The notes under the pieces: model-generated
The model's database searches: none
Told to the model about the DNA's origin: nothing
What the model saw: only the letters and a program-made list of their open reading frames with translations
Origin: Schaalia odontolytica
Lineage (GTDB): Bacteria > Actinomycetota > Actinomycetes > Actinomycetales > Actinomycetaceae
Direction: 5' to 3'
Assembly (NCBI RefSeq): GCF_005696695.1
Contig: NZ_CP040006.1
Coordinates: 120,001 to 152,000 of the forward strand
DNA length: 32,000 nt
Made by a program: the position numbers and the translations under genes
Shown: positions 1-9,963 of the stretch, piece after piece
How the letters are laid out: each line of letters opens with the position of its first letter
Position numbering within the stretch: the stretch's first letter is position 1

Positions 1-462
1 GACGGGCTCGGTGAGGAGCCACTTTTCGCCGTCGACGTCGATGATCGGGTGCTCGGGGGACGCGGACGAGGCCGTGGCGGGGGCCGCGGGTCCCCGGCGG
101 TTTTCAGCGTCGACCTTCAGGGTGCCGCTGGGCTCGGAGGCGTCGGCGATGAATTCGATCGTGACGGGGCCGAGGAGGGAGTAGCCGTTCGCTGCGGCGT
201 GTTCGGTGGCCTGCTGGGCGAACTCGTCGGCGAGGACGTCGAGGGAGGCCTCGAGGGAGGTGAGGTCGGTGCGCGAGGCGTAGACCGAGAAGTGGTTCGC
301 GGCAATGATGCGCGAGGCGGAGACTTCCTGGACGGATTCGTCCATGGCGCGGCGGATCGCCGTGGTGATGTCCACGGGCTTGATCCCCGACCGGAACACA
401 CGCGAGAAGGCGCCGTTGACGCCTCTCTCGACGGCGCTCTCGAAGCGGTCGAAGATACTCAT
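1..462 (-). CDS. fhaA: FhaA-like FHA-domain signalling protein, N-terminal (DUF3662/FhaA_N-type) part; the 3' end lies outside the window
   Basis: Absent from the ORF track because it runs off the edge. My minus-strand translation from ATG 462-460 (GAGGAG 9 nt upstream) reads MSIFDRFESAVERGVNGAFSRVFRSGIKPVDITTAIRRAMDESVQEV... with no stop down to position 1. This N-terminus is the conserved start of actinobacterial FhaA (Rv0020c type). Confidence 0.7.
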   Translation of the reverse strand, partial: MSIFDRFESAVERGVNGAFSRVFRSGIKPVDITTAIRRAMDESVQEVSASRIIAANHFSVYASRTDLTSLEASLDVLADEFAQQATEHAAANGYSLLGPVTIEFIADASEPSGTLKVDAENRRGPAAPATASSASPEHPIIDVDGEKWLLTEPV

Positions 463-1066
463 AGTCGTGCTCTCCTCATTCCCCCGCGCTGTGCGCGCGA
501 CGTACGGTGTGGGTGGAAGCGAGGCCGCTCCCAGTCACAGTTTAGCCGCCGCGCGAAGTGGTGTGGCCCCATCTGTCGGGATGTTCCCGATGAGTAAAGG
601 CCCGCGCACTCGCATCGAAGGCCTGTCATGGCAGGGAATACCTTGTCATGATGCGCCTGTGACATTTGGTGCACATGTTACACGTGTGACGATAAGTGTG
701 TTGGAGCAAACAGAGTGTGGACAGGTCGCGTCGCATGTTTGGTCTCGCTTGGCTGCAATTTCGCTCCTGGACTTCTGTTTTGGGGGAGGTCGTGTCGAGG
801 TGTGTCCTGGCGGCACGCACATTGCGTCTGTTGCGCAGTGCACAATCGAAGGGTCTGACCAGGTGGTTGGTACTGCTGGCTCTTTCGTGTTGAGTGGCCG
901 AGTGTGGGGTGAGGATGTGAAAAAGTGAGTCGGGTCGCCATTTGGGAATGGAGAGCTCGGTCTGGCAGTAATTGTCTGCATGGTCCGTCGAATAGGGGTG
1001 CCCTGTTCCGTATGTATGGGTACAGATAAATACTGACCTAGAGGGTTGTGCGGGAACTAAGTCCCA

Positions 1067-1095
1067 TTGTTATGGTGAGTCGGTAACCATAACAA
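1067..1095 (+). promoter_or_regulatory. Perfect 10-bp inverted repeat (TTGTTATGGT, 9-nt spacer, ACCATAACAA) just upstream of the surface-protein RBS and start
   Basis: Read directly from the sequence: arms at 1067-1076 and 1086-1095. A GGGGG run at 1099-1104 and ATG 1108 follow. It could be an operator or a 5'-UTR hairpin. Confidence 0.3.
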
Positions 1096-1107
1096 CGTGG
1101 GGGCGGT

Positions 1108-3804
1108 ATGAGACTCACTGACATGCAGGGCGGCGTCCGCAGGAGTAGCGCTGCCGACCGAGACGACCATCCGCCGGCGGGTGGCCACCTGGCCGACCGC
1201 GCGGTGCAGGCGTCGCGCCTGTGTCGCATTACCGTGCGCGGAATCGTCGCCGCCGCACTGACGGGGCTTACCCTCTCCGGCCTCGTTCTGGTTCCTGGTG
1301 CAGCGCGAGCGGAGGCTCCCCTCGAGACCCCCGGCGCCGACAGCATCACCTTCAATCGATCCGAAGGGCGCATCGGCGCGGCCGTCCTCAACGACTCTGG
1401 TACTGACCGCACCACCGTCGTCGCCGACAACTCCTACTTCGGTATCGTGCCCGGTATGACGGTCTACAATTCCGCGGACCCCAACCAGCGCTCGGTTGCG
1501 TATCGAGCGGGATACTCCCAGGACTGGCTCGACGCGAATACAGCGAAGAGCGGTGACTACTGGTCCTATGTCACCCGAGGCGTTGCCTGGGACTACCACT
1601 TGGCCGCCTATTACCAGTACCCCTACTACGGCGAATACACGCCCGACGCGATCTCGACCTCGACGACGAGCGCGCTCGGCTACAAGCCGAACAATCCCGG
1701 AACCGTCCCGCTCAACAGCACCTTCCTGATCGGGGCCGTGCGCCACAACAACTTCCCTATCTACTCCCAGATCCACTGGGTGCACTCCTCGTTCGACATC
1801 CGCATCGGCAATCTGGAGGAGTCCTTCCCCTTCGACCAGCACGAGACGACGAACGACACGGACACGACCGCGGTCAAGCGTGAGGGTGGGCCCTACAAGG
1901 TGGCCTACCGTGCTTCCGCGCCGCGCACCTGCCCGTCGGACGCCCCCTACTACGCGCTCAACCGAAATACGGGTACCACGTGGTACTGCTACAAGTACGT
2001 GGGCGAGGGCAACGGCAACCGAGATATCTACACCGACTACCCGCAGAACTACCCCGAGTCCAAGGGTCGGCCCGACCAGACGCCCGACTCGGATGACGTC
2101 CTGACGATCACGAAGACCACCTCGGACCAGACGATCACCGTCAACGGGATCCCCTACCGCCTCGTCCTCTACGGATTCGTGCCCAACGCGGACGGCAACT
2201 GCCCCGCCACCCCGCCCGCCGGCTCGACCCCGGTCTCCACCTTCACGACGAAGGAAAGCCAGGCATCCTTCGGCTGCCTCTACGGCTCTTTCAGCCAGGA
2301 GCGCTACGTGCGCATCGCGAAAGCCGTCACCGAGGACTCTGAGCAGGTGGGTGACGCGATTCCCCCGTTCACCTTCACGACGATGGGCGTGGGTGACTGG
2401 GCCGCGCCCACGGGAACCCCGCTCACCACGAGCGTGACGGCCGACGGCTTCGTCGGGTGGAACTCCTTCGAGGATGCGAACCTGACCCCGACCGCCTACG
2501 GCGAGGCCGGGGCGGCCACCTCCGGCTACAGGGCCTTCATGCCCGGCTTCTCCCAGTTCATCATCGCCGAGACGGGGCCGCGAATCGCCGGCAGGTTCCC
2601 GTTGGCTTTTGGTGCGCAGGGGCGTTTCGGCCCCTGGAAGACCAACGACGACCCGAACTCCGCGCAGTGGAGCCTCGTCGACGTGACCTGCCTGAACGGT
2701 GTGGGCGAGCGAGTGAACGTCACCCGAGACGCTGAGACGGGCGGCGTGGATTTCTCCCAGGTTGCCCCGGCCTCGTCCCCGGCGGCCCTGCCGATCACCT
2801 GCACGTTCACCAACCGCGAGCAGGTGCCCAAGCTGCGCATTCAGAAGGAGCTTGAATCCGTCGAGGGCGCGACGACGGATGACATCACCGTCACCTACCG
2901 CATCACGGCCACGAACGACGGGACCCTCGCGGGCACGACCGGGCGCCTGACGGACACGCCGAACTTCGCGCCGGGCCTGACCGTGCGCTCCGCTACCGTC
3001 GTGAGCAGCCTCGACGGGCTTGATGCCGCGACCGCGCAGGCGGCCGCCGCCTCCTACGTCCTCACCGAGGGGGCGACCGTCGAGCCGGGCGCGTCCTCCT
3101 CATGGTTCATCCGCATGAAGGTCACGCGCGATAGTTCGGCCGCCGGGTATTCCGAGTCGCTGCTCGAGTGCGCCTCGTCGAACGACCGCCTCACCCCGGG
3201 CCACGGCCTCTACAACGCGGTGACGGGCGCCTACGATCACGATGGCGAGGCCAACAATGAGGCCTGTGCACCCGCGCGCCCCCGACCGATCCGCATCGAA
3301 AAGGCCGGCACACAGCCGGTCGGAACCCCCAACGACGACGGCACATACCCGCTCGACGGCGCGGCCTTCGCGATCTACGACAACGAGGCCCTGGCTGGGG
3401 ACCCGGTCTCCGTCCTCGATGGAGGGTCGCGCTTCGTGACCGCGCCCCTCGAAACCGGTAAGAACTACTGGCTCGTGGAGACCCGCGCGCCCGTCGGGCA
3501 CGCTCTGCTGCCCCGTCCCGTCGCCTTCCATATCGAGGCTGGCGCGGATGCTGACGCAACGACCGTCATTAAGACGGACTTCGGCGCCGACGAGGGCTTC
3601 AGCTCCGTGCGTGTCCTGCCCGCTTCGGGCAGCCTGCCCGGGGATCGCACGCCCGGCATTCGCGTCGTCGACACCCAGGTCGGCGTGCTCCCCAAGGCCG
3701 GATCCATCGGCATCTACCCCCAGCTCGTGGGCGGAGCTGCCTTGCTTGGCCTCGCCGGAGCATGCGCGTGGCTGCGCCGCCGAGAGCGGACGCAGGTCGC
3801 GTAA
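1108..3804 (+). CDS. Large cell-wall-anchored surface protein (sortase substrate) with a C-terminal SpaA/Cna-B-like domain; adhesin or pilin-like
   Basis: 898-aa ORF. N-terminal signal-like segment ...AAALTGLTLSGLVLVPGAARAEA. C-terminal LPKAG (3688-3702) followed by a hydrophobic stretch and an RRRERT tail, which is a sorting signal. The segment GAAFAIYDNEAL...GKNYWLVETRAPVGHALLPRPVAF resembles prealbumin-fold SpaA/Cna-B domains. An alternative start is ATG 1123. Confidence 0.85.
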   Translation: MRLTDMQGGVRRSSAADRDDHPPAGGHLADRAVQASRLCRITVRGIVAAALTGLTLSGLVLVPGAARAEAPLETPGADSITFNRSEGRIGAAVLNDSGTDRTTVVADNSYFGIVPGMTVYNSADPNQRSVAYRAGYSQDWLDANTAKSGDYWSYVTRGVAWDYHLAAYYQYPYYGEYTPDAISTSTTSALGYKPNNPGTVPLNSTFLIGAVRHNNFPIYSQIHWVHSSFDIRIGNLEESFPFDQHETTNDTDTTAVKREGGPYKVAYRASAPRTCPSDAPYYALNRNTGTTWYCYKYVGEGNGNRDIYTDYPQNYPESKGRPDQTPDSDDVLTITKTTSDQTITVNGIPYRLVLYGFVPNADGNCPATPPAGSTPVSTFTTKESQASFGCLYGSFSQERYVRIAKAVTEDSEQVGDAIPPFTFTTMGVGDWAAPTGTPLTTSVTADGFVGWNSFEDANLTPTAYGEAGAATSGYRAFMPGFSQFIIAETGPRIAGRFPLAFGAQGRFGPWKTNDDPNSAQWSLVDVTCLNGVGERVNVTRDAETGGVDFSQVAPASSPAALPITCTFTNREQVPKLRIQKELESVEGATTDDITVTYRITATNDGTLAGTTGRLTDTPNFAPGLTVRSATVVSSLDGLDAATAQAAAASYVLTEGATVEPGASSSWFIRMKVTRDSSAAGYSESLLECASSNDRLTPGHGLYNAVTGAYDHDGEANNEACAPARPRPIRIEKAGTQPVGTPNDDGTYPLDGAAFAIYDNEALAGDPVSVLDGGSRFVTAPLETGKNYWLVETRAPVGHALLPRPVAFHIEAGADADATTVIKTDFGADEGFSSVRVLPASGSLPGDRTPGIRVVDTQVGVLPKAGSIGIYPQLVGGAALLGLAGACAWLRRRERTQVA

Positions 3805-3825
3805 GAAACACTGCGAGACATAACG

Positions 3826-3863
3826 ACGTGGGTGTGCCCGCCATCTGGCGGGCACACCCACGT
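3826..3863. terminator. Bidirectional hairpin terminator between convergent genes
   Basis: Perfect 17-bp stem ACGTGGGTGTGCCCGCC / GGCGGGCACACCCACGT with a 4-nt loop (ATCT). It lies between the stop at 3804 (+) and the nrdF stop at 3931 (-). Confidence 0.75.
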
Positions 3864-3930
3864 GCGTCTCGAGGGGAGGTGGCCGGTCAGGCCGCGTCGT
3901 TTGCGTGGCCCGGCCCCGGCCTCGTGAAAC

Positions 3931-5426
<1,496 letters not shown>

Positions 5427-5484
5427 GACTGCGAACCTCCACTGTTAATGCTTGCTGCGACTTCGCCGTTGAGTCCAGTGCTCA

Positions 5485-5889
5485 TTAATCTTCTTCCTCC
5501 GAAAGCTCGAACTGCGGGAGGGGATCGCCGTTCTCGTCCAGCATTCTGTGGCGCTTCATGTACTGGTACCGAGGGTCTATCCATCGGGGTACGGGTATCG
5601 GTGAAAAATACCAGACAACACCGATGATGAAAATTGCCAAAGTTATTGCAATAAGTGTCAGTTGGACAAACTGCGGAAATCTTCCATCATTGCCGATTGT
5701 CACGAAGCTGCCGACCAGAAATGCACTTCCTGTTGCAAGGGTGCCGATTGATTGGTACTTGTCATTCATGCGTGTTGCTGAGCTAATGAAGCGCGCATTC
5801 TGGCCAAATTGCGAATCCGTATAAGTCTCGCAATACCACATAGCTAGAATTGCGAGGCTAAACGGTATGCCGATGATTCCCCAAATCAT
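5485..5889 (-). CDS. Small 3-TM membrane protein, paralogue 3 of the putative immunity family
   Basis: The ORF track extends to 6015, overlapping the upstream gene. ATG 5889 (GGAGGTGG upstream) gives MIWGIIGIPFSLAILAMWYCETYTDSQFGQNARF..., aligning with the N-termini of the other paralogues. The tail is [38 protein letters not shown]. Confidence 0.8.
   Translation of the reverse strand: MIWGIIGIPFSLAILAMWYCETYTDSQFGQNARFISSATRMNDKYQSIGTLATGSAFLVGSFVTIGNDGRFPQFVQLTLIAITLAIFIIGVVWYFSPIPVPRWIDPRYQYMKRHRMLDENGDPLPQFELSEEED
5496..5589 (-). repeat. Conserved 94-bp 3' gene module, copy in paralogue 3
   Basis: 6 mismatches in 94 against 8166-8259 by hand alignment. The rest of the gene is strongly diverged. 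Confidence 0.85.
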
Positions 5890-5968
5890 GAGGGTTGTCC
5901 ACCTCCGTGTATAGCGGAATAAGTAGCACTGTTGATGCCTGTTTTGACTTCTCGGTCGAATCCACTGC

Positions 5969-6394
5969 TCATGAATCTTCTTCCTCCGAAAGCTCGAACT
6001 GTGGGAGGGGATCACCGTTCTCGTCCAGCATGCCGTGCCGCTTCATGTATTGGTACCGAGCGTCGGCCCAGCGGGGGACAGGGAATGGGAAGAAGCAAAT
6101 GAAACCTATGACAATAAGTGCTAGCCCAACGATGGCGATACTGAGGGAAGGAATAAGGATGATGCGTATGTTGGGAAGGAGGTCGGTTAGAATTGCCGCC
6201 AGTGCAAACAGTGAGAATCCTGTTGAGATAAATAGTGGAGACAGGGAATCGCCGCTTGTGTTCTTATCGTTTCGATCGCCCATCTCTCGCCATAGTGCGG
6301 CAATAGGGGAGTCTGTGTAAGTTTCCACATACCATGAATACAGGCCGAATAGACCGATGGCTAGGCCCGCAAAGGACCATAGATAGCTCATCAT
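5969..6394 (-). CDS. Small 3-TM membrane protein, paralogue 2 of the putative immunity family
   Basis: 141 aa, beginning MMSYLWSFAGLAIGLFGLYSWYVETYTDSP. AGGAG lies upstream. The tail is [39 protein letters not shown]. Confidence 0.8.
   Translation of the reverse strand: MMSYLWSFAGLAIGLFGLYSWYVETYTDSPIAALWREMGDRNDKNTSGDSLSPLFISTGFSLFALAAILTDLLPNIRIILIPSLSIAIVGLALIVIGFICFFPFPVPRWADARYQYMKRHGMLDENGDPLPQFELSEEEDS
5983..6076 (-). repeat. Conserved 94-bp 3' gene module, copy in paralogue 2
   Basis: 5 mismatches in 94 against 8166-8259 by hand alignment. About 30 bp beyond the stop codon is also shared with the paralogue 3 copy. Confidence 0.85.
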
Positions 6395-6524
6395 CTGCTC
6401 CTATCTTCCGATTGAGCTGAGGAATGTCTCGTTAAATCTGCTTGCTATCGATTGATCCAATCGCGCTGTCGAAGAGCAGTCGTCGTAATGGTGTGTGCTC
6501 AGAAATGAACTGCGGCCTGCTGTA

Positions 6525-6541
6525 TGTCGTGGACGAGGTCA
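6525..6541 (+). repeat. Third, partial (17-bp) copy of the islet boundary repeat
   Basis: TGTCGTGGACGAGGTCA is identical to 9922-9938. As at 5016-5018, its TCA (6539-6541) is the stop codon of the minus-strand gene ending here. Confidence 0.7.
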
Positions 6542-6910
6542 GCTTGATGAGGAGGGGGTCACGGCTGTGATCTGCGTGTTCCCCGTCGGAACAGGGGCCG
6601 TGTACTTGTGGTTGTATTCGTCGTTGTAGCGTTGGATCTCGCGCATGACGTCCGCCACCGCGTCGTCCGTGCACTTGAAGTCCTCTGTTGCGGCCGCTAG
6701 GCCCAAGTAGATGCCGTTCAGGATCCACGCCATGTGGTTGAGTGTTGAGTTCAGAGCCGTGACGTGTTTGCTCAGAGTTGCATCGTGTTCGCTGCCCGTG
6801 TCGGATGTACTGAGGGCTGGCGTCTTCCTGAGTTCTGCGCACGCGTTGCTGAGCTTCGCAATGATCGAATTAACTTCGTCGTAATTCCATTCGAGAACGA
6901 CGTAAGTCAT
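6539..6910 (-). CDS. Small helical protein, possibly WXG100/ESAT-6-like (secretion-associated); function unknown
   Basis: The ORF track starts at 6961. ATG 6910 (GAGAGGAAA upstream) overlaps the upstream stop as ATGA. The ~123-aa product MTYVVLEWNYDEVNSIIAKLSNACAELRK...LGLAAATEDFKCTDDAVADVMREIQRY looks like a two-helix hairpin. No clean W-x-G motif is present. Confidence 0.6.
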   Translation of the reverse strand: MTYVVLEWNYDEVNSIIAKLSNACAELRKTPALSTSDTGSEHDATLSKHVTALNSTLNHMAWILNGIYLGLAAATEDFKCTDDAVADVMREIQRYNDEYNHKYTAPVPTGNTQITAVTPSSSS

Positions 6911-7596
6911 GGCAGTTTCCTCTCGGGTGAAAGGGCGAAGAGATACGTGATGAGTGCCCACAGCTGCGTGTTGTAGATGGGGTGGATGGGGATGTGAGGT
7001 CCGGTGCTGGGTGCGAAAAGCGGAGCCTCGACCCTGTAGGCGGCGGCTGGCGTGATGAACGTGGAGAGGGTAGAGGTCGGAACGAAGGAGCCCTTCTTCG
7101 TGCGCTCTTCCCGGATCCAGGTGGTGTATGCCCAGCGTTGGGCCACGAGAGCCTGCGCGAAGGCGGAATCTGAGGGGCCGTAGGAGGAGTAATTCTCGAG
7201 GAGCTGGGCCGTCTGTTCGGTCGTGCCTTGCTGTGCGGCGTACACGATGGCCGTCGGTAGCACGGGAGGTCCATCGAAGACGGCGGGGTTAGGCGTGAGC
7301 GGAGATATCGCCGCCGTGACGTGGGGAATTTCCTCGTTATCGATCTGATAAATGTGAGTCTCAGTGTCGCCGTCGGGGGTGGTAGCGGTGCGGGCGACGA
7401 CGCAGGGCCCCGCCTGCATCCAGATGAGAGCCTGGCGGCACTGGGAAGCATCCGGAGACGTGGTGGCGATGACCAATCGCGAGCGAGCCGTGCGCATGAG
7501 AGCCGCGAGATGGTCCGCGTCGCCGGTGAGTCCCTCGGAGGTGGCGAAGCTTGAGGTGACATCACCCGGAATGATGATGTGAGGACGGTCAGGCAT
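6907..7596 (-). CDS. Hypothetical cytoplasmic protein (229 aa); EspG-like secretion chaperone is a speculative assignment
   Basis: ATG 7596 has GGAGG 6 nt upstream. It overlaps the upstream gene end by 8 nt and the downstream gene by ATGA. No signal peptide or TM segment. The family was not recognised with confidence. Confidence 0.65.
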   Translation of the reverse strand: MPDRPHIIIPGDVTSSFATSEGLTGDADHLAALMRTARSRLVIATTSPDASQCRQALIWMQAGPCVVARTATTPDGDTETHIYQIDNEEIPHVTAAISPLTPNPAVFDGPPVLPTAIVYAAQQGTTEQTAQLLENYSSYGPSDSAFAQALVAQRWAYTTWIREERTKKGSFVPTSTLSTFITPAAAYRVEAPLFAPSTGPHIPIHPIYNTQLWALITYLFALSPERKLP

Positions 7597-8122
7597 TGCG
7601 CACCTCCAGGCTCATGATGATCGCGAGAACGTCATCGTTCAGGTCGCCGAAAGCGGGTGTCGTCATCGTCGCAGTCGCCGTGAGGAGGAAGTCATTCCCG
7701 CCGTCGGAATGAATCCACGCCCACTGGCAGGCGGTGATGGGGACGCTGCCCTGAATGTAGATTCCCGTGCGCAGGTGTGAAGATTCGGGTCGCGCCGGCC
7801 ACTCGCAATCCTCCAGCATGCGAAAGCCGGGAACCTGATCGGACATGGACTGTGCCGAGTCGGCGAGCGCCTGCGCGGGCGTCGTGCTCGCGGGGATAGG
7901 GGAGGCAAGCACGAGGAGGGTGGGGGTGAAATCGTAATCGGCATCGATGGGGCCGACGGCGAGGGCGATAACGCCACCTTCGGCCGGATGCTGATCGCTG
8001 TCTGGCGTTCGCTCTTGCGCGTCGCCGGCGCTCCCGAATGCCTGGTTGAGGATCGAGGAGATCTCCTCCTTCGGGCACGACGACCAGCGGGGAGGCATCA
8101 GCCAATAGGTCGACAGACTCAT
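7589..8122 (-). CDS. Hypothetical cytoplasmic protein (~177 aa); possible adaptor/chaperone (alpha/beta sandwich pattern)
   Basis: The ORF track starts at 8134. ATG 8122 overlaps the paralogue 1 stop as ATGA and has GGGGGA upstream. The C-terminal pattern GFRMLE...RTGIYIQGSVPITACQWAWIH...FLLTATATMTTPAFGDLNDDVLAIIMSLEV is reminiscent of DUF1795/LpqN-like folds (weak, by eye). Confidence 0.6.
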   Translation of the reverse strand: MSLSTYWLMPPRWSSCPKEEISSILNQAFGSAGDAQERTPDSDQHPAEGGVIALAVGPIDADYDFTPTLLVLASPIPASTTPAQALADSAQSMSDQVPGFRMLEDCEWPARPESSHLRTGIYIQGSVPITACQWAWIHSDGGNDFLLTATATMTTPAFGDLNDDVLAIIMSLEVRNA

Positions 8123-8559
8123 GGTGTCCCCCATCCCTGATCGTTGTCAGCGGACTCCTCGTCGTCCTCCGAAAGCTCGAACTGCGGGAGGGGATCGCCG
8201 TTCTCGTCCAGCATTCCGTGGCGCTTCATGTACTGGTACCGAGCGTCGGCCCAGCGGGGAATAGGCAATGGAGAAAAACGCCAGATCAGAGAAATGAGTA
8301 TGACAAGCAAGGTGAGGATAAGTAGAGAGTTGATAACGAGGTTTGGCAATTTAAGCTCGTTGCATATGATGACGATGGCTGCAAAAATGAATACGACTCC
8401 TGTTGCGGGGAATCCGATGGCATCTGACTTAGGATGTGCGTGAAAGGTTGTGCTAATAAAGCGTGAATTCTTCCCGTATGACGTATCCGTGAAGGTCTGA
8501 ATGTACCATGTCGCTAAAATAACTGTTCCGAATAGAAGGGCAAGTATTCCCAATAACAT
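8119..8559 (-). CDS. Small 3-TM membrane protein, paralogue 1; putative cognate immunity protein
   Basis: 146 aa, beginning MLLGILALLFGTVILATWYIQTFTDTSYGKNSRF. ATG 8559 lies 2 nt after the toxin stop, and its GGAGGA RBS is formed by the last codons of the toxin gene. The tail is [39 protein letters not shown]. Confidence 0.8.
   Translation of the reverse strand: MLLGILALLFGTVILATWYIQTFTDTSYGKNSRFISTTFHAHPKSDAIGFPATGVVFIFAAIVIICNELKLPNLVINSLLILTLLVILISLIWRFSPLPIPRWADARYQYMKRHGMLDENGDPLPQFELSEDDEESADNDQGWGTP
8166..8259 (-). repeat. Conserved 94-bp 3' gene module, copy in paralogue 1
   Basis: CCTCCGAAAGCTCGAACTGCGGGAGGGGATCGCCGTTCTCGTCCAGCAT...CCCAGCGGGG is shared with the three other paralogues. 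Confidence 0.85.
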
Positions 8560-8561
8560 TA

Positions 8562-9749
8562 TTATCCTCCGTGAATTGCTGTGTGTATCCCGTTGTTCGC
8601 TAGGTCTGCTAGGTAGCTTCCGGTGGCGCTTCCAATAAGTCCGCCAACTACTCCTCCGATAATTCCTCCAGCAAGAATGCCGACGGGGCCTCCGAATGCG
8701 CCAATGGTAGCGCCGATTTTTGCGCCTGCGACACCACCTGCGAAACCTAGTCCGCCGCTGGCACCGCCCTTGAGACCGGCTCTTGCTACCTTCTCGCCCT
8801 GTCCCATCTCCGGGTGGTGGTAGGAGTCCGACTGGTAGCTGTCGTAGGCGCTGACGACTCCGTCGAGGACCGCGCAGGCGCGGCCTGCGACTTTGCCGCC
8901 AATGCGCAATGCGTCGGCGGTCTTGATCGCTCGACTGCCGCCCTTGACGGCGTCCACCCCCGGGACTTTCCAGTTCTTGAGGTTCCCTCGCTCGGTGATC
9001 TGCTTCCAGGGGGACGCGTCTTTGATTCCGGCCGGCGCCTGGTACTTGGCGCCCTTCGCCTGTAGATAGACCGACTCGATCCCGTCTGCGAGGGTATTGC
9101 GCATGGTGTCCGCCCAGCCCGGTAGGCGAGCTGGCACATTCAACCCCGTGGGGAATCCGTACGTGCCGACGAATTTGTTGAACACGGGGAGGAGGGTCGA
9201 CTCCCAGACGGTGGGGTCGATACCCGCGAGGTCGTCGCCGAACAGTGTTTCCGCGTAGGCGAACTTCCTCTGGTTGATCTCGCAGCGTGAGCGCAGCGAC
9301 GCGAAGAAGGCGCCAACGCCGCCCGGGACGTTTGCTGGGTGGCTGATGGTCACTTTCGTTCCGTCACGAGAAACCGTGAGCCCGGCGCCGCTGGCGTCGG
9401 TGACAATGGCTCGAAACTCTGTCCTGATGGGTTTCAGGGTGCCCCCGTAGTCCTCCAGGGCGGATTGCAGCGAGCGGAAACATGACAGCGCATGCTCGCT
9501 CGCGGAGATGACATTCGTCAGGTGCTCGACGACGGTCTCCACCAGCCTGGCTCTCTGATGTTCGACCATCCCTCGGGCGGCCGTCGCGTCGCCAATGGCC
9601 TCGTCGAGTGCCGCGATCGGTTTGTCGCACTGGTCCTTCAGCGACAGGATCGCGTCCACCTTAACCGGAAAGTCCCACGAAAAGGACTCGGCGAATTCTA
9701 CGGTTCCTGCAGATGTGGGAACCGTTGAGGTGGCTGGAAGGGGGGGCAT
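8562..9749 (-). CDS. Putative secreted polymorphic toxin: helical N-terminal region plus C-terminal glycine-zipper (membrane-inserting) module
   Basis: The ORF runs to 9797 (411 aa). ATG 9749 has GGAG 7 nt upstream, giving ~395 aa. No Sec signal peptide. The N-terminal ~100 aa is helical (VKVDAILSLKDQCDKPIAALDEAIGDATAARGMVEHQRARLVETVVEHL...). The C-terminal ~60 aa is GGASGGLGFAGGVAGAKIGATIGAFGGPVGILAGGIIGGVVGGLIGSATG, a GxxxG/A zipper. Confidence 0.75.
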   Translation of the reverse strand: MPPLPATSTVPTSAGTVEFAESFSWDFPVKVDAILSLKDQCDKPIAALDEAIGDATAARGMVEHQRARLVETVVEHLTNVISASEHALSCFRSLQSALEDYGGTLKPIRTEFRAIVTDASGAGLTVSRDGTKVTISHPANVPGGVGAFFASLRSRCEINQRKFAYAETLFGDDLAGIDPTVWESTLLPVFNKFVGTYGFPTGLNVPARLPGWADTMRNTLADGIESVYLQAKGAKYQAPAGIKDASPWKQITERGNLKNWKVPGVDAVKGGSRAIKTADALRIGGKVAGRACAVLDGVVSAYDSYQSDSYHHPEMGQGEKVARAGLKGGASGGLGFAGGVAGAKIGATIGAFGGPVGILAGGIIGGVVGGLIGSATGSYLADLANNGIHTAIHGG

Positions 9750-9917
9750 TGCTTCACTCCGTTGGAACAATCGGGCGACATGCGTGTTGCGCATCACTTA
9801 TTGGTCAGCGTACTCCGGTTGTTTAACAATCTGCAGTGAAACCTGGCCGAAAAGTGCCGACGAATGATGTCGCCTGAGGTCGTGAGCGGATTTCCCATAC
9901 CGCCAGTGGCTGGAGTT

Positions 9918-9948
9918 TGCGTGTCGTGGACGAGGTCACCTCGGTGGG
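9918..9948 (+). repeat. 31-bp direct repeat, copy at the distal end of the islet
   Basis: TGCGTGTCGTGGACGAGGTCACCTCGGTGGG; see 4998-5028. It lies in the divergent intergenic region between the toxin gene and the 9964 gene. Confidence 0.85.
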
Positions 9949-9963
9949 GGTGGGGGCGGTATC

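Noticed and set aside
463-1000. tRNA-Leu expected next to fhaA by analogy with mycobacterial synteny
   Set aside because: I could not find a T-loop (GTTCRANYC) or a cloverleaf-compatible segment in the spacer. No tRNA is called anywhere in the window.
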